DNA from: Laetmonice hystrix | Taxonomy: Eukaryota | Direction of reading: 5' to 3' | Length of the DNA stretch: 64,000 nt | Assembly: GCA_965235115.1 (NCBI GenBank) | Contig: OZ249436.1 | Location: 7,504,001 to 7,568,000, forward strand | Shown here: positions 46,855-60,200 of the stretch, piece after piece | Numbering within the stretch: position 1 is the first letter of the stretch | Layout: each line of letters opens with the position of its first letter | Notes under the pieces: model-generated | What the model was told of the DNA's origin: nothing | Database searches by the model: none | The model's input: the letters and a program-made list of their open reading frames with translations, nothing else | Translations under genes and position numbers: made by a program

Positions 46855-47639
46855 CAGTCAGACCTTGTTAATCCGGCCATCGTTAATCCGTATGACTTGC
46901 AATCCGGACACATTTCCTTGGGAACAGATCTTTTTAATGTTATTTGTTCTTCTTAATCCGGATGTCTCGGTTTCCGGATCCGAACATGCCAGATTCTAGC
47001 AAAAGTTGATTTTAGTATGTAAACTGACTGGTTAATCCGGTCACCAGAACCTTAAGGTGACAATGTGTGGCACAGGCTCCGCCGCTCAAAGAGGTGTGAA
47101 TGAAACCATACTCAAAGCCCGGCTGTTAACAGTTAGGCCCACTTAAAACAAAAGGTATTGTTTCCCATTGAAATGATAGCTGGGGTGTTGTTCTTTTTCT
47201 GGTGCATGGCTCCACTTCAACAAGGCATGCTGGCCTCATGAGTAGAGATGACAAGCTCTTTGATAAAGAGGTCAAAGACCAACACCTTTTGCAAAGTCTG
47301 TATAAATATGGCTAGCTAGCATATGCTCTCCACTTCGCATCTACCAACCACCGAGATAAGTCCTACATTTAAGTGTGTATTAATTCTCTAATCAGTTCTG
47401 CAGTGCAGTAAGGTGTCAAATTAACCTGCAAGGAATAGGCATCTGGTGCACGTGGTCCATGGGGATAAGGCGGGAAAGAGTACTATTCAAAATGGTCACC
47501 AGGTGGTGTTAACAGTATATCCCTGAGACCAGTAGGTGGCACTGCATTCGGCAAGTCTGCTGATTTGTTAATCCGGCGTTTTGAAATCCGAACAAAATTT
47601 CTAGGGAACCAGTGTGTTCGGATTAACGAGGTCTGACTG
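46855..47639. mobile_element. Pogo/Tigger-like (Tc1/mariner) MITE
   Basis: ta-CAGTCAGACCTTGTTAATCCG...CGGATTAACGAGGTCTGACTG-ta. Confidence 0.82.
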
Positions 47640-47859
47640 TACTGCTGAACTGTAATAGCTATTTTTTACGGAATTTCCGGAAACCGATCCCTTTTGACCT
47701 GATGCTACATAGGCGCCGGAAGATGTTCACAGCTGGGGGGGGGGGGGGGGCAAAGACCCAATAATCTATCCCAAGTAGCAAGATTTGAAGGCGCGAAGCC
47801 TGGATCAGGGGGTTTGAAAATTAAAGTGCCAAATATGTGTTTTCCTGGCATTTGGAGAC

Positions 47860-48010
47860 AGTTTTACTAAAGGTCCTTATTTAAGGACGTCGCTAATTTA
47901 ACATAGAAGTGAATGGTTGCTAGGTCGTTATTTTCGACCTAGCAACCCATTCACTTCTATGTTAAATTAGCGACGTCCTTAAATAAGGACCTTTAGTAAA
48001 ACCGGCACCT
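47860..48010. mobile_element. Palindromic MITE (family of 34852-35011)
   Basis: gttttactaaaggtccttatttaaggacgtcgctaatttaacatagaagtgaatgg and its reverse complement. Confidence 0.75.
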
Positions 48011-48437
48011 GGGAACAAAATCTAGGCCCTCTGACGGTCTGACCATCTCCTGCCACCTTTGAGCTGAGGGAGGGGGGGGGGGCAAAACTATATGCTTCCC
48101 CCCCCCCCAACTTTTGAGCTGGGGGGGACAACGGCCGCCCTTGCGATCACAACAATTTGAGCCCTTTAATAAGGTCCATGATAATAGTCTGGCTTTACTG
48201 TTATATTTTGCAGGTTGGTGTTGTTTGAACTTACATTTTCATAAGGGAGTATTTTCTCCTTGTCTTTTTCAGACCCACATCATCTTATATCGATTACAAT
48301 GTCTGAAATGGAAATGAAAGTATCATTTCTTCTGCCGACTAGAGGACGTTAGCATTGAAAGAACTAAACAGGCTGTGCCTCCACCTCCATGTGGTTCTTG
48401 ATCTTAGGAACCCCCACCAGGGTGCGCCACCAGCGCC

Positions 48438-49556
48438 ATGTTCCCGCGGCGGTCTCAGGTCCTCAAGTATGTACTGGCCAGCACAGCGCTGTCCGTCATG
48501 CTTCTCCTCTGGCTGTCCCCAGACATTGGAGATGGTCCGTCACCATGGCAGCGCATTCTGGAAGAGTTCGAGATGATTGGACTGAATGAAACCAAGCTGA
48601 GGCTAGAGTTTGAGAAGCTTAAAGTCCAGGTCAATGCGACCTACACATCCGAGAACAAGACAGTTGAGGAAATCTTTCGATATGTTAAGTCAATGAAACA
48701 GAAGGTTCCAGTAAACCCACATTACTTCAAGTACACAATAAACCCACGCCAAGTCTGTGCTGGAAAAAATATCTTTTTACTGGCCTATGTACACTCAGCT
48801 CCTGAACACTACAAGCGACGCACAGCCATCCGTGACACATGGGGCAATCAGAATAATTTTGATGATCTTATTGTACGGGTGGTGTTTTTGATGGGAAAGC
48901 CCAAGGATTCAACAACTGCCGAGGCACTGCAGCTGGAGAGTGATACATACAGCGACATTGTGCAGGAGGATTTCATAGATTCTTACCGTAACCTGACCTA
49001 CAAGGCCATCATGGGCCTCAAGTGGATCTCCAACAATTGCAAACACGCTCGTTTTATACTGAAGACTGATGATGACATCTTTGTGAATATCTTTAACTTG
49101 GTGAGTCATTTGAGGTCCGTGTCATCCCACAAGGCAACCATCAAGCGTTTGCTCCTCTGTTTAGTGTGGTACCGTATGAAGGTGATTAGGGACCCTAAAA
49201 GTAAGTGGTATCTCTCGAAGACAGAGTTCTCTGAGGACTATTTCCCAACCTATTGCTCTGGGTCGGCCTATGTCATGTCTACGGATGTTGTAGTTGACAT
49301 GTATAATACTTCACTACGGACGCCATTCTTCTGGGTGGACGATTTTTATATAACTGGACTTCTAGCTCATAAAATAGGAATCGAACACCACAAGTTTAAT
49401 TCAGTTTATGTGCTTGGCCCTAGTGTCTTTTTTGAGAAATTTACTGAAGTAAACAAATGGCAGACTTTGGTGTTTGGCCACGTACATAATCTAAACCAAA
49501 TGAAACATGTTTGGAATCAAATTCTGGAAGACCGCAAAAGTGTCAAACGGAGTTAG
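48438..49556 (+). CDS. Beta-1,3-galactosyltransferase family (GT31) type II membrane glycosyltransferase, 372 aa
   Basis: N-terminal TM; VHSAPEHYKRRTAIRDTWG, ESDTYSDIVQEDFIDSYRNLTYK, KTDDDIFVN, KWY, FPTYCSGSAYVMS, DDFYITG. Confidence 0.95.
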   Translation: MFPRRSQVLKYVLASTALSVMLLLWLSPDIGDGPSPWQRILEEFEMIGLNETKLRLEFEKLKVQVNATYTSENKTVEEIFRYVKSMKQKVPVNPHYFKYTINPRQVCAGKNIFLLAYVHSAPEHYKRRTAIRDTWGNQNNFDDLIVRVVFLMGKPKDSTTAEALQLESDTYSDIVQEDFIDSYRNLTYKAIMGLKWISNNCKHARFILKTDDDIFVNIFNLVSHLRSVSSHKATIKRLLLCLVWYRMKVIRDPKSKWYLSKTEFSEDYFPTYCSGSAYVMSTDVVVDMYNTSLRTPFFWVDDFYITGLLAHKIGIEHHKFNSVYVLGPSVFFEKFTEVNKWQTLVFGHVHNLNQMKHVWNQILEDRKSVKRS

Positions 49557-49777
49557 CAATGGTCTTCTCAGTAGCAAGTCATCAGCAAGGTGCTATAGGT
49601 AATAATTCACTAATTACGAGTAATGTCAATTAGAAACTAGTATGTGTAGACTGTCATGCCAGAAACTAAACCATTGCCCACAGTATTGGTTTTAGGGCAT
49701 ATTTATTAAGGTGTTTATTAATGGAGATGTACACCTGTGGGTCTAGTCTTTAAGATTGAATTGACATCAATCCATTA

Positions 49778-50526
49778 ATTAGTGGATAAAGCACTGTCAG
49801 AGCCAGTCGAGACGTTGTTATGGCGAAATAATGCACGAGCCGAAGGCGAGTGCATTATATCGCCAGAACAACGTCGAGACTGGCTCTGGCAGTGCTTTAT
49901 TTACTTTAGCACACAACCTATAACTATAAACAATTCACCCCAAACAGTGCCAAAACTACACCCAGTTGAGCTTTTACCGGCGATTTCATTCAACAACTGT
50001 GGCCACCACATCTTGTTTACGTTCTGAGGTCGGGGGCCTCCCACAATGACCTTTGAACCGGCCGATTTGTACCACGCTTCACTATTGGTCGATCGTTATC
50101 ACGTGACTTTCATTGACTTAGCGAGCCTATAAAAGGAGCTTTCTGATTGGACGGAACATTAAGGCCATGCATTCAGCAATAGCGCCATCCCCTCTACTAG
50201 GCAAATGGACTCGGCGCGTCATTTAAACGATGTAAACAGAGTTCGCTGTGGGCATATCGAATCGAAACGACCCAACTGAACTATACAGACGGGTTTCTTC
50301 TCGTAATTCTATAACAACTGCGAAGTCTCAGCCATTAACACTCCATTAGTTGCTAGTTCTACCTATTGACAACCTTGAAGCGAGGACAGGCAAACACAAT
50401 GAATTCGAATGAGCACCCTCTCCGATTGGTCAATTCATGACGCGTCATACCCGTGAATTATGGCTCTAATAATTTCACGGTTTTGGGCCTATAACACACG
50501 CTGGGAGCAGCCAGGCGTGTGCTAAA
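49778..50526. mobile_element. Putative Crypton-like non-autonomous repeat (similar type at about 57580-57930)
   Basis: Large hairpin ataaagcactgtcagagccagtc..gcacgagccgaaggcgagtgc..gactggctctggcagtgctttat and a ttagcacac/gtgtgctaa inverted pair. Family assignment is by resemblance only. Confidence 0.4.
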
Positions 50527-53500
50527 CTGCAATAATTGCATGTAACACCTTTAAAAATGGAAGCAATTTATATCATATACTACGTCTCATGCTGTAGTTC
50601 TGAAGGCGATTGAGCAAAACAAATTTATGTAGAAGAGATTTATTCAGTTAGGCTCAAACCTAACTTGAAAGGAAAGGTTTGTGGTGGAAAACGCAATGTG
50701 GTATGAAACATTTTGTAAGTGGATTGATGTATATGATCTTTTTCAATTTCAGTGACTTGTACCTTTAATGCTGTTTCTAAGCAATGGGGGCGTTTATCAA
50801 TTTGCCTCCTTATTCAAAGTTAAGATTCCTGTTGTCTCAGTGGCACTTGGGGATGTAATATTTGCCGTCAGAGTTTGAAAATTGTCAAGCAATGTTCAAA
50901 TTATCTGAAAACATTTGAATCTTGGCTTGTACTTAAGAAGATAGAATATAGAATCTTAACACAGATAATAGAATGTATGCCTTTAGAGTTCTGTTATTAT
51001 AAATAGGATATTTCACCATCATTCAGAGTAAGTTTTTCAAAGTGAACTTTATAGTAAGGTTTTGCATTATTTAATGCTTAAATCATGTCAGGTTGAATTA
51101 CCTGGAGTTGATAATTTCGATATTTTTATGAATCAGTATTAATATGAGAAATATTAAAGTTTTCTGTATAAAAAAAACAACTAAAATGGCAAAGAAAAGC
51201 TCAAGAAACAAATGTTGTAGGACAGCGGCTGCTAAGCACAACATACCATAAGACGTGGGTTTACAGGTCATACTGATTGCAGTGTGACTATTGCACCAGA
51301 AAACAGCAATAAGCTGAACGCCATCTTTGATCAGAAAATCTAGGAGATTAAAACGGAACCTTGTAAAGAAGTGATCAAGGCCTACAGTAATGCGTTTCAG
51401 ATAGAGGCTTTGGGGTGATTTTGTGATAATTTAGGCAAGTGGGAAATGGATGGTGAAAGGAGAAGCAATATACAGGATGATGGCATGCAGGGCATTAATT
51501 AGGAACATTGAAAAGTACACATACATGTGATTGACCACATGGTAGTGCATTATTTCTGCTATTTGATTTTTAAAATGAACTGTCATGATATCAGGTCAGT
51601 GGGGAGCTGTTGGTAAAGAGAAACCATAATATTGCTTCAAGAGTGGTGATAACCTTTTTAGTTTTCAGTCAACTTTGTCTGAAAGAAATGAATGCAGCCA
51701 CAAAACTGTGATACTTGATGTCGAAAATTCTGTGGGGATTGAGACAAGACAAAGTGTTATTCAGCATTCAAAAAGTAGTAGAGTTGCTGTAGGGAATGCT
51801 GGCTTCCCACATTACCAGTATCCTTTCACTGAGATTGAGAGTGTAAAGTTGGGTCGTCACAGGTCTATAGTTGTCCCTCAGAATCAGGTTTTTAGGAACG
51901 CCTTTTGATGTCAGGTGCTTGTATACACAGTAGCATCAGATTCTATCATTTTACTGGCATGAATTAATGAACTACTTATTTCCTAGTGATGCTCTATTAC
52001 TGGCTATTGAAAGAAAAGCAGGAAAATATTATTGGCTGAATCTGTGAAATACCGGAAAGCATAAGGAAAGGTCAGAAACTGAGTATTGTCACATAATACC
52101 CGGTAGTACAGATCAATATGAATCATTTTACTTACAAATTGCGCCAAAGTGCCAAAAATGGACTCCACACTCCAGGGAATGTGTTTTAATTTTTATCATC
52201 CAGATATTTCTAATATCGACTCAGTTTCTTGATTTTAATAATTTCCTGTGACATCATGGTGTTTGACTCTGGTACATGAGGTGGTTTATCTTCATATTGT
52301 GGTGTTAGACGGAACCAAGAGAATCAGTGATCAGCATCAAGATTTGAATTTTGTTAGGTCATGTAGTCTTATCTGAGAGAAGAAGTGTCTGTGCACAAGT
52401 GATTCTGGTAGAGCCACGATAACTTTTAATCCTAGTCATTGCACCACAGGAAGCCTTCAAACAGCACAGAAGACCAGCGTACCTCAGTACTGTGTGGGCC
52501 AACAGGGGGTCGCCAAGTGGTACCTTATCCTTCCTGACATAGTAGTTGTAAGTACTCACCAGTAGTGTAACATACACACATGTGAAGGGATCAGTGCCAA
52601 GAACAGATGATCGACCCTGCTCCCGTTGAGTTCCCTAGAGGCCAATGTCAGCTAGGCAGAACCTCTCTCAGTGTCTCTTCCAATAGATCATAACTTGTTA
52701 ACTTTGCCACGTTGTATTCAAAGTATTCAAACCAATACCAGGTGATTAAACATTTACATGTATCAGCATACCGGTAACTGCGGTAAGACGTGCGTAACCT
52801 AGACTGACGGACAGAATCAGAGTGTCAACCAGCCATCAATATTCTAGTCACATGTTCATGATTGTTGCAACTCGATTCTCAAGTGATGTGTTTTTTGGTC
52901 TTGTGTAAATCTTTCATGTACCGGAGTATGTTTTTACTGATGATTGTCATTTTGAATTTATAATCAAGTTGTCAATTTGTTTGACCTGTTTGTCGCAATG
53001 GTTTCAGCCATTGGCTGGAAGAGCACAACTTTGCAATTGAAGCTTGAAGAGTCAAACTTCGGCCATAGTGACAGTATACATATCCATACATATACACAAG
53101 GGAGTATGTGGCACATGGGTCATCGCAATGCCAAAATTCTAGATTGTAAAATCTTGATGTTTAAGGGGTTTTGTTTGCTTTTTTCCCCAGTCAAGCCCAT
53201 TGGTAAATCCAGGCCTCCTATTGAAACCTAGTATAAGAACCTATATTTTAAAGTCAAGCCTAATTCTTTTGAATTAAAGATCTTATGTATAAATTATATA
53301 TTAAATCAATTATTTAAACAAATACCGAGCCGCCTGTCATAATTAGCAATAAAAATCAAATCGTAATATTATGGTGGCGCGTAGTTTGAAAATAAGTGGT
53401 CTATTAGTTTCCACCTGCCTACATTTGTTTGTTCTTTGAACGAGCTGGGAGGCTGGATATGTGAACATCCTTAATCTGGGATGCTCTAAAGTTGTCGGTT

Positions 53501-56063
53501 CTGCTTTTCTACTTCACTCGCGAAGAGAAGGTTTAGAAGGCAAGGTGGCAGTGAAAAGGTGGTCACACTTCAGTTATTAAATTTACACTTGAAGTTGCAA
53601 ATTTGCCATTGTTAGAAACGATTTAGTCTTTTTTTATTTAAACGTTTAGTATGGTTCATTCTTTGCTGCTGTCCACTTAAGTGTTACGCTATTTCCAGGA
53701 TGCTTATATCGGAGAATGCTACTGTTATATTAACTTTAATACTAGTCGAATGTATATGTGCTATAGTTGTATTGATTCATTATGTTTAATCACAGAGATA
53801 AAATGGTTGGCCAATCTGTGGTCAGATCATTTCCTATGTGGGCATACTTTGGTGTACTGGTAAAACAATAACCAGTCCAAATCGACCAGGGAGTACGAAA
53901 TTATGCATTTTAGAAGTGAGATATTATTTGTCCGAAGCGTCGTAACATTGTTGTAGAGCACCAAGTGACAATTTATTGCTAGTTGCCGTGTTTGCCAGAC
54001 AAATGGTTTAGTTCATGTGATGTTCGTATACAGTCTGCCGTAGCGATTAGCAGGATATGGTGATAAGCTGAAGAAGTCAGTCCCTATGTAGTACTTAGAG
54101 CTTTCTTAGAACGATTACTTCGTTATTAACTGGCAGAAGAAGTCGAAATACCTCATTGTAACTTACAGAAAATACAAGGTGCAATCTATATAGAGGTGCT
54201 TGCTTGAGGTCTTACCCGGGATCGGGGGTGGTGGGGGTGGGGGTGGGGGGGGGGGGGGGTGGTGGGTGGGGGGGGGGAGATAATGTTGTACATGTATTGG
54301 ATTGCAGGCTGTCGTAAGTATTGGCAGATGTGTTCTTTTAGTGGCGCTTTATGCACTCAAGTATTTATGTTAGAATTGGAAGTGGCTTATCTTTATGGAA
54401 ATCAAAAATTATTGTTGAATGATATTTGTATATTTGTGTCTGTTTTAAGACGCGATTGTCTGCAATATAAATCATATGTACACATGTATGTGCCAGATAT
54501 GTATCCAAAGGTTCAAGAGATTTGTGCTTTCTTTCAAAATCACGAATAGATTAAAAACCATTATGATGAAAACAGTTTTATTCCTTGCAAGTGAATGCCA
54601 CGTTTTATGCAACAATGTGGAATATAATAAATACATTAGGAAATGACTAAATGTTGCGTGACAGGTATGTGTTATGTGAAGGATCACTAGAGTTGATATA
54701 GACCTGGATTCTTGTTACCGTTGGCAGGTCTACGATGTACAGGAATATTAATTATTACTATTCTCATTTGTGCTTCTATTCTACTGTACAGGAAACAAAG
54801 AAGCATTTTCTCCTTTTGCTAATCGGTACGAGGATATATGTAGAATCTAGTTCCTCTCATACGAGTCACTGTACTATTCGTTCCTGACTGATAATTTCTT
54901 CAGAAGGCCTGTATTAAGTAATGATGTCTGCTTGTTTCTTGGCAGGTGGTATTTTAATCATTTACATGTATGGCACCTGTTTCTTGTTTTTTTTTTTTTT
55001 TTTTTTTTTTAATGACAATTTACATTTACCTAAAGTCTATTAGTAGGGATGATGCTGAGCGGAAATGTTGAAAAACTTGAATACATTTGTACTTGACTAC
55101 AACAACGGCCCAACTCCAATATTTTGTGTTTTGTTAAGTGCTCTGTGGTCCCAATCTTCCAATAGTGTGTTGTACACAAATCCACGTCAGAAGGCGGTGG
55201 CTGAACCAGTGCCGTTTTTTACTGATCGAAAGAACTCTGGTACAAAATGTACAACGTAACAGAAATTTCCTGAAGTCGTGAGAATGTCCTTGAAATGGGA
55301 CAGAACGGAAACTCATCAGTGGAGTTCGGTTGTTGTTGTTGAAGTCTGGTATTCGGTGGCCGTGTGAATAATTCGATGACCAGAATTATGATTCCAGTAG
55401 GAAGTGTCTGGTTTTGTACTACATGGTCATTGGAACCGTTGATAAGGGCTCAGATGTTGAGAGACGGGAAACATCAAGTTTTGTATAGAAACGATGTATG
55501 TTTGGGTATACCCCAGAAACATAGAAGTCGCGGGTAGCCATCCTGACTCATTGATTTCAATGTACCAAGTCGGTCGGAATATAGGGTTGTAATTTAAAGC
55601 AAATCGATTGGTAGCATATGGTGAACATTTTTGATATATTGATTTATTATTCATTTGGATGTCCAGGTTTTATGCCAGTTATTTTATGGCAAATCGGTAA
55701 CAGGCCTCTTTAAATCATTCTGTTATTTCTATGTATGTAAGGTAAAGGAAGCTAGGTGAGAGAGGGCTACTTGTTTACTCTCCTTGCTTTTTTTCTCTCG
55801 TCACATTCTATCTATATCCACAGCGTTGTTCTGGGGTCATTTGGCGCCCATCTAAGACGATGATAATTGAAGGCATGTGAATGTATATACTGCAACCACT
55901 GTGTACATGTACTGGCATTGGACTGTCGAGGTATGCGCCAACATGTGGCGACACCTGGCGAGCCCCCAAATCGTCCGTTACATCAGGTGTACCATTCCTG
56001 TTAAAATGTTTTATCATCGTAAATAAATTATAAATGTACATTAAATAGGTTTGTGTTGGCTCT

Positions 56064-56240
56064 GTGTATGTGTGTCTCTGTCTCTGTCTCTCTGTCTGTC
56101 TCTCTGTCTGTCTCTCTGTCTGTCTCTCTGTCTCTCTCTTTCTCTCTCGCTCGCTGTCTCTGTCTGTCTCTCTCTCGCTCTCTGTGTCTCTGTCTCTCTC
56201 TTTCTCTCTGTCTCTCTCTCTTTCTCTCTGTCTCTCTCTT
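56064..56240. repeat. Compound (CT)n/(CTGT)n microsatellite
   Basis: Direct inspection. Confidence 0.95.
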
Positions 56241-56379
56241 GACGACGGCACATCTGAGCAGGCTTCTTTAATAATGTACTGCTCAAAGTCGGCGTAGCAT
56301 GCATATAACTTGATTAAAAGGGATGGGAGGAGCTTAGATCGAGAAGGCCCTGATCACGATCTCATGCCCCGCTAGCATA

Positions 56380-56548
56380 GTGTGTAAACCACGATACGCG
56401 TTTCGATGATAGTGTGTAAACCACGATACGCGTTTCAATCATGTAAACCACGATACGCGTTTCAATCATATATTGTGTATGGTAACCCAAGATACGCGTT
56501 TCAACCATGTAACCCACGATCATGTAAACCACGATACGTGTTTCGATG
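56380..56548. repeat. Degenerate minisatellite (tgtaaaccacgatacgcgtttc), about 6 copies
   Basis: Direct inspection. Confidence 0.8.
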
Positions 56549-57285
56549 TTTACCTGATTACACGAATTTAGGCGACTTTAAATTATGGTCATACGATCCG
56601 GCTCGCCTGCCCCCCCCCCCCCCCAACTACGCGTCCCTGGAGCCTGCACCCAATTATAGCAGTAGATTATGTACCCACGAGTCTGCCTGGGTCCAATTAT
56701 CCAGTCACTAGATAGAAAGTTTGGCCAGGTAGAAGGGTTGACATTCTGACCGCTTCCCGCCAAACCTTGGAACGCCGTCGTCGGAGCCTGGACTCGATCG
56801 TCAGTTGAGAACGCAGGGTTAAACGGAAGGTAAACTAGCAGCAAATTCTCTAATTGGAATTACCCTTCTTTGTTTTCTTGATCACGTGTCACGGAAAAAG
56901 ACAACATTTGTACCTAATTAAGGTTTCCAAGAATGTATTCATAGGCCTAGTTAGAAATCTCGTTCGGCCGGCGCCACTCTAAAGAAGGGTATCGGAGCTG
57001 CATGGTGTGAGCATCTCTAATATTCTGCGGCCTACGATATACATGTAATTAACTTTTCCAATTAACTGAAGCGAAAGGGGAATATGTAGCATAGATCGTC
57101 CACCCTGGTTAATATTGATCTAAATGATCTCATGACGTATCCCCTGGCAGGATACGTCATAGGCCTACATGTAGGCTAGCTAAATTATACTGTGTGCAAA
57201 CAACGTATAACATGCACTCAACACAAATCAAAAAGTAGGTCTATAGTTTTTGTAATTATACAGTGATCAGGCCTGCCGTCCCGCC

Positions 57286-60200
57286 ATGGAGGTGTCAATG
57301 AGAAGAACAGCTTCCAATTTACTAACTGGCTTCAACCGGAGCCTGGCCGCAGCCATCATTACAAACGATGTTGATGCCACTAGGACCACGTGCTGCGGAC
57401 AACCCCCTCTCTATATCGACCAGAACGGTAACACCCCGCTCCACCTTGCTGCAAAATCAGGCAGCGTTGACGTACTCAGGTAGGTATAGGCCTACATGCC
57501 TAATCTTGACCCTCTCATTCCTGAAAATTAAACTTATATATAATGACTGACTCTTAGCGTAAAAAATACAATCATGTTGTATATTATACACGAGCTAAGC
57601 AATCTGATTGGTCCATTTTTACCACGTGACCGTCCCGAAAATACGATATGGGACGGTTCGCTCTGGAAACCATAGAAACGACGTCAAAGTAGAAGCAACG
57701 TCGCACAGAGAATGACAGGAAGATGTGGCTTATAGCAAATTGATGATAGCACAGAATGGATGTATAATATATCAAATGTTAGATGGCAGCTCGTCCACTA
57801 GGCCCTATACAGTTTACGGGACTCCGAAAAGCGATAATGGACTCGGCTTCGCCTCGTCCATTAGGCCTATCGCTTTTCGTCGTCCCGTAAACTGTATACA
57901 TAGTGGACTCGCCGCCATCCAATATTTGTAAAATATTGATGTAAATATGTTATCTGCATGGTCAACCAAAACCACTTGCAATAAATAAGAAATCTGAGCC
58001 ACAAGGCTGTATATAATTAGGTCTAACCTTGGACAGCGTTGATTGTTTCACAAATTGGCCGATTCCCTGGCCGACTGTCGACTCATGGTCACATGACGCG
58101 GCGGAAGTAACCATATACTGATCGAATTGTCTCTTAGTCCCTTGACACTTCTCGGTTTCCAACACAGAATCCTCGGAAGGTCACCAAGACCGTGATAACA
58201 ACTGTGTTAAGCGCCAAAGCCTCACAGCAAAGGTAGTGGGGGTAGTGCTCTATTATAGCCCTACTTTATTATCCCATCTACTACGGAGGGGATGGGATTT
58301 TGGAGGGGATGGGATTTTGAAATTGTGTTTGTGTGCTTGTAGTAAAACGCTATGTCTATCTCAGTCATTTTTCAAGATACCTCAACCAAACATGTTCCAG
58401 CATGGCCGTAGAGTCGAGTCAATACATGAAGAGCTCTAACCCTCACTGTAGTGTTTGCTCGTGTATAAGGCCAGTCAGTACATATGGGGAGACCTCACTG
58501 TAGTGTTTGCTCAAGTCTTAGGGTAGCCAATACATGTAGAGAGCCCTCACTGTAGTGTTTGCTCGAGTATAAGGCCAGTCAATATATGTAGAGAGCCCTT
58601 ACTGTAGTGTAAGGCCAGACAGTCCATGTTGGGAGCCGTCAATGTAATGTTTCCTGGACTATAACGCCAGTCAGTCCATGTTGGCAACCCTCACTGTAGT
58701 GTTTTTGCACCCATTCGCATAGCATAAGGTGTCGACACCCATGTCCAATCGGCCACCGCCACTCCCCTAAAAAAAGGAGCTTTGGTGGTCGAGCAGGACA
58801 ATGGACCCTCGCCCCTACACACATCTTCCGAAATGAGACGGAATCCATATTTTCCTAGATAGAGCTACACATGATTTCTACCGAACATTGACTGTTAAGG
58901 TAATCCTGGCACTGGCGTAGACTGTATTTTTCTTTTGAAATGCACGGGCATCAGGGGTAACCCAATTACTTTGACAATGTCCCTAAAGAGAAAAGTTGTA
59001 TAGTCCTCTACAGGAATCTAACCCCGGCCCCAAGATTACTGCACCCATTCGCATAGCATAAGGTGTCGACACCAATGCCCACTCGGCCACCGCCACTCCC
59101 CTAAAAAAGGAGCTTTGGTGGTCGAGCAGGACAATGGACCCTCCCCCCTACACACATCTACCGAAATGAGACGGAATCCATATTTTTCTAGATAGAGCTA
59201 CACATGATTTCTACCGAACATTGACTGTGTTTGCTGCAATCTGAGGCCAGTCAATACACGTAGAGAGCCCTCACTGTAGTGTTTGCTCGAGTATAAGGCC
59301 GGTTAATACATGTAGAGAGCCCTCAATGTAGTGTTTTCTCGAGTACATGTATAAGGCGAGTCGGTCCATGTGGGCAGCCCTCACTGTAGTGTTTGCTCCA
59401 GTTTGAGGCAGTCAATACATGTAGAAAAATGTAGAACCCTCACTGAAGTGTCTCCTCGATTATAAGGCCAGTCCTCACTGTAGTGTTTGCTGCAGTCTAA
59501 GCCAGTCAATACATGTAGGGGCCCCTTACTGTAGTGTTTGCTCGGGTATGACGCCAGTCAGTCCATGTGGGCAGCCCTCACTGTAGTGTTTGCTGCAGTC
59601 TGAGGCCAGTCAATACATGTAGAGAGCCCTCACTGTAGTGTTTGCTCGAGTATAAGGCCAGTTAATATATGTATAGAGAGCCCTCACTGTAGTGTTTGCT
59701 CCAGCCCAAGGGCATTCAATACATGCAGGGAGCCCTCACTGTAGTGTTTGCTCGAGTGTAAGGCCAGTCAATACATGCAGGGAACCCTCACTATAGTGTG
59801 TGCTCGAGTATAAGGCCAGACAGTTCATGTGGGCAGCTCTCACTGTACTGTTGAAGTTGATACCTCAAAAGCTGACTACCTTGGGCTCGAATCTGTTTTG
59901 CTGAAGACGCGCTCAATGGTATAACATAGGAATTGCTATTCCAATGAAAAAGGGACCTAGATCACAGACCAATCACCACAACGTCTTTATTTTCACAGCA
60001 AATGTTCACCTCTAGGCCTGGTACGAGATAACAAAAGCTCCATTTGATAGGTCAATCGGTTGCCAGGTTGGACTGCAATCTGTTATGCTGAGATGATGAT
60101 GATGAAAGATCATAAGCTTGTTCCCGGCTCCCTCGCTAGGTGGCTCTGTCGAGTCGACCACAGAGCCACCTAGTGAGGGAGCCGGGGACTCAGTATGTCG

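Noticed and set aside
55808..56304. RE/RD-rich and LS-rich ORFs
   Set aside because: Translations of the CT microsatellite.
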